Shown: piece by piece, positions 1 through 8,392 of the stretch
Layout: every line of letters begins with the position of its first letter
Position numbering within the stretch: position 1 is the stretch's first letter
Assembly: GCA_020430425.1 (NCBI GenBank)
Contig: JAGQJW010000001.1
Span: 1-38,749, forward strand
Length of the DNA: 38,749 nt
Direction of reading: 5' to 3'
DNA from: Nanobdellota archaeon
GTDB taxonomy: Archaea > Nanobdellota > Nanobdellia > Woesearchaeales > SKGA01
The notes under the pieces: generated by a model
Databases searched by the model: none
Seen by the model: the letters and a program-made list of their open reading frames with translations, nothing else
What the model was told of the DNA's origin: nothing
Translations under genes and position numbers: made by a program

Positions 1-1757
1 CAAGTGCTTTGCATCCTCGTGTCATGGCCTTGACGGCATCTCCTGGTTCTGATCAGCAGAAGATTGATGAGATTGTGATGAATCTTGGTATTGAGAAGAT
101 TGAATACCGAAAACCTGATGACAAGGAGATTACTGAGTTTACTGCAGGGACTTCCTTGTATTGGGAACAGGTTACCCTTCCTGAATCATTCTCTCGGATC
201 ATTTCATACTTGCAAAAGGCATTCAAGGAAAAATTGCAGGAGATCAAGCAGCTAGGATTTTTGAGCAGACCTTCAGACTCATTGACGAAATCACAGTTGC
301 TCCAGCTTCAGCAACAGTTGCATGCAAGAGTGGTGAAAGGAGAGAAAACAGTTGAGATACTCCAGAGCATCAGCATTATCGCACAGGCTGTCAAGCTCTC
401 TCATGCTATCGAGCTTGCGGAATCACAGACCTTATTCTCTTTGCATGAATATCTCTTTGGAATTCTCAAGCAATCAAAGACGACTCGAACAAAAGCGATC
501 AAGCAGTTGGCAATCGATCCTTTGTTTCTCTCTGCTCTTTCGTTGACAAGGGATTTGCTAAAAGAGAAGGTTGAGCACCCTAAGATTGCAGCGTTGCACA
601 GAGGAGTAGCAGACCTTATCAAAAGAAAGCCGTCTGCAAAAATGATTATTTTCACTCAGTATCGTCATACTGCACAGACCATTAAAGAGCATCTAAAAGG
701 AATTTCTGGTGAGCTGTTTTTTGGTCAAGCAAAAAAGGATGGTGTTGGTCTCTCTCAGAAAGAGCAGCAGGCAGTACTTGATCGTTTCAGGAAGGGAGAG
801 TTCTCTTGCCTTTTGGCAACGAGCGTCGCTGAAGAAGGCCTTGACATTCCTTCAGTCGATCATGTGTTCTTCTATGAGCCGGTTCCAAGTGCTATTCGAT
901 CAGTGCAGAGAAGAGGAAGGACTGGTCGCCACCAGAAAGGATTCGTGACTATTCTCGTTGCTAAAGGGACACGTGATGAGACGTTTCGATGGATTGCCCA
1001 TCATAAGGAGAAGAGAATGTATGAGGTTCTCAATGATCTTTCTACAAAACCATCTTCCAAGCCACAGATGAGTCTTGATGACTTCAAGAAAGAGAAACCA
1101 GAAGTCAAGATTGTTGGCGACTTTCGCGAGAAAGGTTCTCCGGTGCTTAAGACTCTACATAATCTTCCTGTTGACTTAGAGCTCAAACAATTAGCGGTAG
1201 GGGATTTTGTCCTCTCAAAAGAATGCTGTGTTGAGTACAAGAATTTTCCTGACTTTGTCGACTCCATCATTGATGGTCGTCTTCTTTCTCAGTTGCGCTC
1301 TCTTTCTCAGTATACAAAACCAGTAGTTATCATAGAAGGGGAGGCTCAGGTCCATAGAAAGATTGATCCGGCTGCAGTTTCAGGGATGCTCTCGACTATT
1401 GCTCTCTCATATAGGATTCCGGTTCTTCGAACTTTTTCTCCTTTGGAGACTGCTAACCTGTTGTTTGCGCTAGCTAGACATGAACAGGAAGAATCAAAAG
1501 AAGCATTCACTTTTCATACAGCAAAACCGCTTGACCAGCAGCAGCTTCTTGAGTATGTGGTAAGCAGTTTTCCTTCGGTAGGGGGAACGCTTGCCAGATC
1601 ATTATTGGACCGTTTTGATACAATTGAGAATATTTCAAAAGCAAGTCTAGAAGAGCTGAAGGCCATACCTCTTATCGGCGAGAAGAAGGCTCTTGAGATC
1701 AAGAAGATTTTCTCCACTTCCTACAGGGAGGCTAAAGATGATGCCTATAGGAGCTGA
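1..1757 (+). CDS. hef: Hef-type helicase-nuclease (SF2 helicase C-terminal half + ERCC4/XPF nuclease + HhH2), 5' end cut by the window edge
   Basis: The frame is open from the window start, so the TTG at 9 is only a tracker artefact. Helicase motifs: TASPGS (III), LLATSVAEEGLDIPSVD (V), QRRGRTGR (VI). ERCC4 domain: DFREKGS...VGDFVLS...VEYKNFPDFVDSIIDGRL. C-terminal HhH2: GGTLARSLLDRF...LKAIPLIGEKKALEI. Confidence 0.8.
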   Translation, partial: SALHPRVMALTASPGSDQQKIDEIVMNLGIEKIEYRKPDDKEITEFTAGTSLYWEQVTLPESFSRIISYLQKAFKEKLQEIKQLGFLSRPSDSLTKSQLLQLQQQLHARVVKGEKTVEILQSISIIAQAVKLSHAIELAESQTLFSLHEYLFGILKQSKTTRTKAIKQLAIDPLFLSALSLTRDLLKEKVEHPKIAALHRGVADLIKRKPSAKMIIFTQYRHTAQTIKEHLKGISGELFFGQAKKDGVGLSQKEQQAVLDRFRKGEFSCLLATSVAEEGLDIPSVDHVFFYEPVPSAIRSVQRRGRTGRHQKGFVTILVAKGTRDETFRWIAHHKEKRMYEVLNDLSTKPSSKPQMSLDDFKKEKPEVKIVGDFREKGSPVLKTLHNLPVDLELKQLAVGDFVLSKECCVEYKNFPDFVDSIIDGRLLSQLRSLSQYTKPVVIIEGEAQVHRKIDPAAVSGMLSTIALSYRIPVLRTFSPLETANLLFALARHEQEESKEAFTFHTAKPLDQQQLLEYVVSSFPSVGGTLARSLLDRFDTIENISKASLEELKAIPLIGEKKALEIKKIFSTSYREAKDDAYRS

Positions 1758-1808
1758 TCACTTCTTTCAAGAGAAAAGCTTTTATGTGTCAAAGAGGTGT
1801 CTGTAAGT

Positions 1809-3440
1809 ATGTTCATAGCAACTTCTCTCTCTTATTATAAGCGTCCTGATGTCCGACGGGCAATCGTACAGGAAGCAGAAGATAAGGAAGTGAGTGTGAT
1901 GTTTGGTCCTGAGAAATTCGGTAAGCGTCCTGATGTGCTCACTTATGAGAATGATGTGCTTGAGCTTGCCAAGAAAAAAGCGTCTTCTTTTCATTGTTCA
2001 GAAGAATTGTGGCATAATCCTCTCAATATAGTGACGGGTATGAAACGTCACGAACTTGATGAGCTAAGAAAAGGTTGGGATTTCATCCTCGATGTTGACT
2101 GTCCTGATTGGGAATTCTCAAAACTTATTACGCATTTGTTTGTCAAGACGCTTCAGGTACATGGTATCACTTCTATCGGTGTGAAGTTTTCTGGCAATAA
2201 GGGATTTCACATCGTCGTTCCTTTTGAGGCGTTTCCCGAATCTATCGAGACAAGTGATGGTCGTGTCGCCCTAAAAGATGTATTCCCTGAAGGACCAAGA
2301 AAGCTAGCGACGTATATTTTGAGTTATGTGACGGCAAACTTTACCAAGACAGACCTCAAGCAAAGAAGCGTTGTCTTTGATGGTAGACCGTTCTCGTTTG
2401 ATCAATTGCAAAAGGTTGCAAAAAAGTCTAGTAATTCTCTTTTCGGGTACAAGTGTCTTAACGACGCCTGCACTTCAGGAGTTTTTGATCAGAATCCTGC
2501 CCGTGAGAAAAAATATTTTCCTTGTTCTCACTGTGGTACGATCACTCCATTTAGGAATCAGCAAGAGGATATTATCTCTTGTCCCACTTGCTCAAAGCTG
2601 GTCAAGTTGGAAGTTGAATCAAGCGGTTGTCCTGTCTGTAAGAGCAGGGCCGGTTTTGATCAGTTCATCAATCTCCTCTCAGTCGTTGAGGTCGATACGG
2701 TACTTATCGCGTCCCGTCACCTCTATCGTATGCCCTACTCTCTTCACGAGAAGTCAGGCCTTATCTCTTTGCCTATTGGTACAGAGGAGATTCTTTCCTT
2801 TGAGAAGAAACGGGCTGACCCCCAGCTAGTTTCTTTCGATGTTCCCTTTATCAATAGGAGTATCTGCAGACAGGATGAAGCAAAAGAGTTGGTGACTGAA
2901 GCGTTCAGTCAAGAGCTTCAGAGTCTCAGACACATCCATGCAGATATCGATCAGCAGGCTATCAGGGATAGAAAGAAGATTGAACTACCAAGTATGGCTA
3001 TTCCTGAAGAGTTCTTTCCTCCTTGCATCAAGAATATCCTCAAAGGTATGGAAGATGGAAAGAAAAGAGCCCTTTTCGTTCTGATAAATTTTCTGAGGGT
3101 ATCTGGTTGGGAGAAAGATGCGATTGAAGAACTGACTTATGCGTGGAACGAACGAAACCCAGAGCCTCTCAAGGAACAGTATCTTAAGGGCCAGCTCTCC
3201 CAGCTCAAGAAGGAGAAGGCTCCTCTTCCTCCTCCTAATTGCAATAATAAGGATTACTACAAATCGCTTCTTATCTGTACTCCTGATGAGTTCTGCCCAA
3301 AAATAAGGAATCCCGCTATGTATGCAAAGAGAAAATCAGAACTCGCCTCTAAACGGACTCCCAAACGGTCTGGGAAAAAACAGGAAAAAACGTCGAAAAA
3401 AGACGAAAAAAGCAAAAATAAGACAATTAAAGAAAATTAG
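1809..3440 (+). CDS. Single-chain archaeo-eukaryotic primase: PriS catalytic domain fused to a PriL-type C-terminal Fe-S domain, with a Lys-rich tail
   Basis: AEP motifs: I FILDVDCPD (DVD at 2091-2099), II FSGNKGFHIVVPFE, III VDTVLIASRHLYRMPYSLHEKSG. Four Cys pairs lie between motifs II and III (zinc modules). C-terminal part: FFPPCIKNIL...PPNC...LIC...EFCPKIRNP, with four Cys codons at 3024, 3240, 3276 and 3294. ATG 1809 is preferred over GTG 1797. Confidence 0.75.
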   Translation: MFIATSLSYYKRPDVRRAIVQEAEDKEVSVMFGPEKFGKRPDVLTYENDVLELAKKKASSFHCSEELWHNPLNIVTGMKRHELDELRKGWDFILDVDCPDWEFSKLITHLFVKTLQVHGITSIGVKFSGNKGFHIVVPFEAFPESIETSDGRVALKDVFPEGPRKLATYILSYVTANFTKTDLKQRSVVFDGRPFSFDQLQKVAKKSSNSLFGYKCLNDACTSGVFDQNPAREKKYFPCSHCGTITPFRNQQEDIISCPTCSKLVKLEVESSGCPVCKSRAGFDQFINLLSVVEVDTVLIASRHLYRMPYSLHEKSGLISLPIGTEEILSFEKKRADPQLVSFDVPFINRSICRQDEAKELVTEAFSQELQSLRHIHADIDQQAIRDRKKIELPSMAIPEEFFPPCIKNILKGMEDGKKRALFVLINFLRVSGWEKDAIEELTYAWNERNPEPLKEQYLKGQLSQLKKEKAPLPPPNCNNKDYYKSLLICTPDEFCPKIRNPAMYAKRKSELASKRTPKRSGKKQEKTSKKDEKSKNKTIKEN

Positions 3441-3485
3441 AGTTCTTTTTGACCTTATTTTAAAATTCTAGCAAAAATCAAGGGA

Positions 3486-3497
3486 AACATTTATAAG
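3486..3497 (+). promoter_or_regulatory. TATA box / promoter of the ribosomal-protein operon
   Basis: AACATTTATAAG preceded by a purine-rich BRE-like AGGGAA. The same 11-mer AACATTTATAA recurs upstream of rps2 (24556-24566). Confidence 0.4.
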
Positions 3498-3627
3498 TGA
3501 ATGGGGGTTTCTCTCCTTCGCTCGTAATCAAGTATTATGAGTGTGAAGATAGCCTGAAAATAAATCCTTTTTCAGTACGATACCACTTCTATAGTGTATG
3601 TAACTAAAATTGAATTTGATGAGGCAA

Positions 3628-3654
3628 GAGCGTTCTGTAGCTACAGAGACGCTC
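3628..3654 (+). promoter_or_regulatory. Near-perfect palindrome/hairpin in the rpl3 leader
   Basis: GAGCGTTCTGTAG / CTACAGA(G)ACGCTC gives 13 bp with one bulged G. It ends 14 nt before the rpl3 ATG. Confidence 0.35.
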
Positions 3655-3667
3655 TCAGTGTGAAAAA

Positions 3668-4654
3668 ATGGTAAAGAGAAAAAATCCGCGACACGGAAGT
3701 ATGCAGTTTTGGCCGCGAGTTCGAGCTAGTCGACAGTACGCACAAGTTCGATCCTATCCGCAGTCAAACGAAGCAAAACCTCTTGCGTTTGCAGGATACA
3801 AAGCAGGCATGACTCATGTCATGGCCATTGATACAAATAAGAATTCTCCAACAAAGGGTGAACAGATCTCTGTTCCGGCAACAGTCATCGAGTGTCCCCC
3901 TCTAAAAATCTATTCAGTACGATTCTACACCCCAAAAGGTTATGGAACTGCAGTCTCAACAGAATTGTTCTTCAAGGCTGAGAAGGAATTGTCAAAGAAG
4001 ACTCCTCTTGCTAAGAAGGTCAGTGCTGCAGAAGACCTTGATAAGGTTGATCTTACCGAAGTGAAAGATATTACTCTTCAAGTTTATACGCAGCCAAAGC
4101 TTGCTGGTTTCGGTCAGAAGAAACCTGAAGTCTTTGAGATTGGTCTTGGAGGATCCGTTCAGGATAAGCTCGCTTATGTAAAAGAGCAGATCGGAAAAGA
4201 CATTGCAGTTTCTGATGTGATCAGCCAAGGAGCAAACATTGATCTTCGGGCAGTCACGAAAGGAAAAGGATATCAGGGTCCAGTAAAGCGATTCGGTGTT
4301 GCTATCCGTGCAAGAAAATCAGAGAAGACCAAACGAGGACCAGGTTCTCTTGGTGCTTGGATTGCACAGGGACATACGATGTATCGTATCGCATTTGCAG
4401 GTCAGATGGGATATCATAATCGAACTCAGTATAATAACCTCGTACTTGACATCGTTGATGATGCATCCGCAGTAAATCCAAAAGGCGGTTTCATCAATTA
4501 CGGAGAAGCAAAGAATACGTGCGTTCTCATCAAAGGTTCCGTTCCAGGACCAAAGAAGAGACTGGTCACCATGACCGCTCCTATGAGAGTCGCTCACAAC
4601 GTGACGCTTCCTACCGTGAAAGCGATCAGTACGGAATCAAATCAGGGTAACTAG
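3668..4654 (+). CDS. rpl3: 50S ribosomal protein L3 (uL3)
   Basis: N-terminus MVKRKNPRHGSMQFWPRVRA and FAGYKAGMTH. First gene of the conserved L3-L4-L23-L2 order. Confidence 0.95.
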   Translation: MVKRKNPRHGSMQFWPRVRASRQYAQVRSYPQSNEAKPLAFAGYKAGMTHVMAIDTNKNSPTKGEQISVPATVIECPPLKIYSVRFYTPKGYGTAVSTELFFKAEKELSKKTPLAKKVSAAEDLDKVDLTEVKDITLQVYTQPKLAGFGQKKPEVFEIGLGGSVQDKLAYVKEQIGKDIAVSDVISQGANIDLRAVTKGKGYQGPVKRFGVAIRARKSEKTKRGPGSLGAWIAQGHTMYRIAFAGQMGYHNRTQYNNLVLDIVDDASAVNPKGGFINYGEAKNTCVLIKGSVPGPKKRLVTMTAPMRVAHNVTLPTVKAISTESNQGN

Positions 4655-4663
4655 GTGTGAGAA

Positions 4664-5485
4664 ATGAACATTAAAGTATACGACACAAAAAACACGGAAA
4701 CGAAATCTGTTGCACTTCCTGCACAGTTCAGTGAGCCGGTACGTTCAGACCTAGTTAAGCGAGCAGTACTTGCACTTCAGTCAATCAGACGACAGAAGTA
4801 CGGAGCAAGTCCTGAAGCTGGTAAACGTTACTCTGCTTACCTTTCCAAACGAAGACACAATTACAAGGGAACCTACGGGATCGGTCAATCACGAACCCCT
4901 CGAAAGATTCTCAATCGAAGAGGAACCAGATTCTATTATGTTGGTGCACTTGCTCCTCAGACTGTTGGTGGACGACGAGCTCATCCTCCTAAGGCTGAGA
5001 AAGTATGGGCACAGAAGATCAACGTGAAGGAACGACGAAAGGCTATCCGTAGTGCTCTTGCAGCAACCATGGTCAAGGACTTGGTTCTTGCACGAGGACA
5101 TAAGGTTCCAGAGAATTTCCCTTTCGCACTTGATGCATCCTTTGAAGCTCTTGCAAAGACCAAAGATGTGGTTCTTGCTCTTGAAGCCCTAGGTTTCAAG
5201 GAAGAGCTTGATCGTGCAGCAACTACGAGCATCCGAGCTGGTAAGGGTAAGATGAGAGGTCGAAAGCACGTTTCAAAGAAATCATTCTTGTTCGTCGTTT
5301 CAAAAGACTGTCCTCTTCTTAAGGCTGCAGCAAACATCAGCGGTGCAGATATTGTACCTGTTCAGAGCCTCAACGCAGAATTGCTTGCTCCAGGAACTCA
5401 TATTGGTCGATTGACCTTGTTCACTGACAGCGCTTTGGATGTGCTCTCACAGAGAAATCTCTTCGCACAGGGTGGTGCCAAATGA
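4664..5485 (+). CDS. rpl4: 50S ribosomal protein L4 (uL4)
   Basis: GTYGIGQSRTPRK...GGRRAHPPK motifs, operon position, SD AGGTGTGA upstream. Confidence 0.9.
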   Translation: MNIKVYDTKNTETKSVALPAQFSEPVRSDLVKRAVLALQSIRRQKYGASPEAGKRYSAYLSKRRHNYKGTYGIGQSRTPRKILNRRGTRFYYVGALAPQTVGGRRAHPPKAEKVWAQKINVKERRKAIRSALAATMVKDLVLARGHKVPENFPFALDASFEALAKTKDVVLALEALGFKEELDRAATTSIRAGKGKMRGRKHVSKKSFLFVVSKDCPLLKAAANISGADIVPVQSLNAELLAPGTHIGRLTLFTDSALDVLSQRNLFAQGGAK

Positions 5486-5730
5486 TAATCAAAGCTCCCC
5501 TCTCATCCGAAAAAGCGATTCGGTTGATGGAATCAGAAAACAAGCTGGTCTTTATCGTTGACAAAAAAGCGACAAAGAACCTGATCAAGACAGAACTGGA
5601 ATCTATGTTCCAGGTCAAGGTAAAAAACGTCAATACATTGATTGGTCCAGATGCTAAGAAACGAGCATATGTGACTTTCTCAGATGAGACGCCTGCAATT
5701 GATCTTGCAACAAAATTGGAGTTGATGTAA
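5482..5730 (+). CDS. rpl23: 50S ribosomal protein L23 (uL23)
   Basis: PLSSEKAIRLMESENKLVFIVDKKATKNLIKTELESMFQVKVKNVNT. 4-nt overlap with rpl4. Confidence 0.9.
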   Translation: MIIKAPLSSEKAIRLMESENKLVFIVDKKATKNLIKTELESMFQVKVKNVNTLIGPDAKKRAYVTFSDETPAIDLATKLELM

Positions 5731-5731
5731 G

Positions 5732-6445
5732 ATGGGTAAGAATATCACAGCACAAAAACGAGGTAAAGGTTCAAGTACCTTTAGAACACCTTCCTTCCGA
5801 TTCAAGGGAGAGGCTAAGATTCTACCTAGAGAAGGCGCTTTCGTCGCAGATCTCGTCCATTGTCAAGGACACAGCGCTCCACTCATGCATCTTTGTTACG
5901 ATGATGGTGAGTATGGATATGCTATTGCACCAGAAGGTATTGCTGTAGGAGATGTCCTTGATTTTTCCAATGAAGCAGAAGTGACTCATGGAAACGTCCT
6001 GACACTTCAGCAGATTCCCGAAGGAGTTGCTATCTTTAATATTGAAGCGAAACCTAACGATGGTGGAAAGTTTGTCCGATCATCAGGTGCTTCTGCAAGA
6101 ATCATCTCAAAGACAGCAAATGCTGTTGTTGTTGAATTTCCTTCAAAGAAACAGAAGAAATTCCATCCTCAATGCCGAGCTACCATTGGTATGGCTGCAG
6201 GTGGAGGACGAGTGGATAAACCATTCCTCAAAGCAGGAAAGAAGTTCTACGCTGCAAAAGCAAAGAACAAGTACTGGCCTATTGTTTCCGCAAGTGCAAT
6301 GAACGCAGTTGCGCACCCATTTGGAAACAAGAGAAGTTCGCGAAAATCAAAGGCGAAACCTGCTCCTAAGAATGCACCTCCAGGAAGACTTGTCGGAGCT
6401 ATCCGAGCTCGAAAGACCGGTCGATCAAGAGGTAAAAGAGTATAA
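5732..6445 (+). CDS. rpl2: 50S ribosomal protein L2 (uL2), with a divergent HPFG-NKR motif
   Basis: QKRGKGSSTFRTPSFRFKG, AIAPEG, MNAVAHPFGNK...NAPPGRLVG. Operon position. Confidence 0.93.
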   Translation: MGKNITAQKRGKGSSTFRTPSFRFKGEAKILPREGAFVADLVHCQGHSAPLMHLCYDDGEYGYAIAPEGIAVGDVLDFSNEAEVTHGNVLTLQQIPEGVAIFNIEAKPNDGGKFVRSSGASARIISKTANAVVVEFPSKKQKKFHPQCRATIGMAAGGGRVDKPFLKAGKKFYAAKAKNKYWPIVSASAMNAVAHPFGNKRSSRKSKAKPAPKNAPPGRLVGAIRARKTGRSRGKRV

Positions 6446-6457
6446 GGGTAAGAGAAC

Positions 6458-6820
6458 ATGGCACTAAAAGAATTCAAATTCAAATCATACACGATTGATC
6501 AGCTAAAAGAAATGGGCACTGCAGAGTTCGTTGCTCTTCTTCCTAGCCGACAGCAGAGATCCTTCAAGAGAGGGTTCAGTGATGAGAAACAGAAACTGGT
6601 CAAAAAGATCGAAAAGAAAAACAACGTGAAGACCCACCTAAGGGACATGATCATCTTACCAACCATGATTGGAAAGACGGTCCAGATTCATACAGGAAAA
6701 GATTTTCAGGCGATCACGTTCACTAACGAGATGCTTGGGCATTACTTTGGTGAATACGCTTTGACCAGAAAGAGAGCAGTTCATACCAACATCGGTGTGA
6801 CCAACAAGCCAAAGAAATGA
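6458..6820 (+). CDS. rps19: 30S ribosomal protein S19 (uS19)
   Basis: HLRDMIILPTMIGKTVQIHTGKDFQAITFTNEMLGHYFGEYALTRK. Confidence 0.9.
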   Translation: MALKEFKFKSYTIDQLKEMGTAEFVALLPSRQQRSFKRGFSDEKQKLVKKIEKKNNVKTHLRDMIILPTMIGKTVQIHTGKDFQAITFTNEMLGHYFGEYALTRKRAVHTNIGVTNKPKK

Positions 6821-6828
6821 GGAGATGA

Positions 6829-7404
6829 ATGATGACAAAAGCAAACTATGCATATAATGATCTCAACGAGCACACGGCTAGTGCGTACGGGAGAAGTCTT
6901 CACATTTCAACGAAAGTCTCCATCAACATCTGTAATGCTCTACGATACAAATCAGTCGATAAAGCTATCGCTTATCTTGATGATGTTATCGCAATGAAAA
7001 GAGCAGTTCCTTTTACCAGATTCACTGACGGTGTCGGTCATCGACGAGGACCTATGGCTGCAGGACGATATCCTATCAAAGCAGCTGAGATCATCAGAGA
7101 CCTCATCAAGTCAGCAGCATCAAATGCAGAGAACAAGGGTTTCAGTGAAGAACTAAAGATTGTTCACCTCTGTGCACACAAGGCAAGCACTCCTATGAGA
7201 CAAGGGAGACAGCGACGAAGAAGCGCTAAGAGAACCCATGTCGAAGTAGTAGTGAAAGAACAGGCAAATGCTAAGGCTAAGACCAAAGCTAAGCCGGTCC
7301 AGAAAGAGGCTAAAGAGGCTCCTGTCGCAGAGAAGAAAGCTGCGCCTGTCGCTAAAGAAACTACCAAGCAAAATGATTCATCTTCCGAGGTTGCATCCAA
7401 ATGA
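6829..7404 (+). CDS. rpl22: 50S ribosomal protein L22 (uL22) with an Ala/Lys-rich C-terminal tail
   Basis: RSLHISTKVSINICNALRYKSVDKAIAYLDDVIAMKRAVPFTRF. Operon position. Confidence 0.9.
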   Translation: MMTKANYAYNDLNEHTASAYGRSLHISTKVSINICNALRYKSVDKAIAYLDDVIAMKRAVPFTRFTDGVGHRRGPMAAGRYPIKAAEIIRDLIKSAASNAENKGFSEELKIVHLCAHKASTPMRQGRQRRRSAKRTHVEVVVKEQANAKAKTKAKPVQKEAKEAPVAEKKAAPVAKETTKQNDSSSEVASK

Positions 7405-8204
7405 TTGAAAGAAAATTCATCGCTCAGAAATTCAAGGAGTTCCAGGTTCAGGAACATGTAAAAAAGAATCTAGGACGAGTTGGTTTGAGTAATATCAAGT
7501 TGCAAAAGACAAGCGTTGGTGAACGAGTTATCGTGAGTGCTTCACGACCAGGACTAGTAGTTGGTCGAGGAGGAGCAACCATCCAGAAACTCACTTCAGA
7601 TCTTAAGAAAGGCTTCGAGTTAGAGAATCCTCAGATCGAGATCAATGAAGTAAAGGAGTTTGGTCTTGATGCAGCCGTAGTTGCAGAAAGCATTGTTGCA
7701 CAGCTTGAACGATTCGGGACCCAAAGATTCAAGGGTATTGGTCACAAGTCTCTTGACGCAGTCATGAGAGCTGGAGCTCTCGGTGTTGAGATTCTTATCT
7801 CAGGAAAAATTCCTTCCAGTCGAGCAAAGACGTGGAGATTCGCAGATGGTTACATGAAGAAATGTGGTGACATTGCGATTACTGGTGTTGACACTTCAAA
7901 GCAGTTCGCTTGCCTCAAGACAGGAGTAGTCGGCGTTCAGGTACGAATAATGCCAGCAACAACAGTTCTTCCAGATAAGATAACACTCAAATCAGTAAAT
8001 CCTGTTGCTTCACAGCAGGAAGCTTCTCCTAAGAAGACAGAAGAGAAAGAAACAGAATCAAAAGAGGAGAAGAAAACAGCAAAGAAGGCAGCTAAGAAAA
8101 CCACTAAAAAAGTAACCAAGAAGGTAGCTAAAAAAGAAGAGCAGCCAGAAAGCAAAGAAGCTCCAGAAGAAAAAGTTGAGAAGACCGAGGAGGAGAGCAA
8201 ATGA
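7401..8204 (+). CDS. rps3: 30S ribosomal protein S3 (uS3) with a ~65-aa Lys/Glu-rich tail
   Basis: KH-domain signature VVGRGGATIQKLTSDLKK, and ISGKIPSSRAKTWRFADGYMKKCG. Confidence 0.9.
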   Translation: MIERKFIAQKFKEFQVQEHVKKNLGRVGLSNIKLQKTSVGERVIVSASRPGLVVGRGGATIQKLTSDLKKGFELENPQIEINEVKEFGLDAAVVAESIVAQLERFGTQRFKGIGHKSLDAVMRAGALGVEILISGKIPSSRAKTWRFADGYMKKCGDIAITGVDTSKQFACLKTGVVGVQVRIMPATTVLPDKITLKSVNPVASQQEASPKKTEEKETESKEEKKTAKKAAKKTTKKVTKKVAKKEEQPESKEAPEEKVEKTEEESK

Positions 8205-8392
8205 AGTACAAGGATTTAGAAAAGCTTTCAGCTGCTGATCTTGACAAGAAGCTCAAAGAGACTCGAGTAGAACTAATCAAGCTCAATGGCCAAGTGGAAA
8301 CGGGAACGACTCCAAAGAGCCCTGGTCAGATAAAGAACCTCAAGAAAACAATTGCAAAGATTAACACTTTGCAGAATAAAGGTAAACAATAA
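8201..8392 (+). CDS. rpl29: 50S ribosomal protein L29 (uL29)
   Basis: 63-aa helical protein with LKETRVELIKLNGQVETG. Sits between rps3 and SUI1. Confidence 0.85.
   Translation: MKYKDLEKLSAADLDKKLKETRVELIKLNGQVETGTTPKSPGQIKNLKKTIAKINTLQNKGKQ

Noticed and set aside
9-11. TTG proposed by the ORF tracker as the Hef start
   Set aside because: The frame is open to the window edge and the first residues (..LTASPGS) are helicase motif III, which lies in the middle of Hef proteins. The gene is truncated by the window.
8040-8200. Short direct repeats (AAGAAGGCAGCTAAGAAAA / AAGAAGGTAGCTAAAAAAG) that could be mistaken for a repeat array
   Set aside because: They lie inside the coding Lys-rich tail of rps3, in frame, and reflect KKAAKK/KKVAKK codon repetition. 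This is not a CRISPR array or a non-coding tandem repeat.
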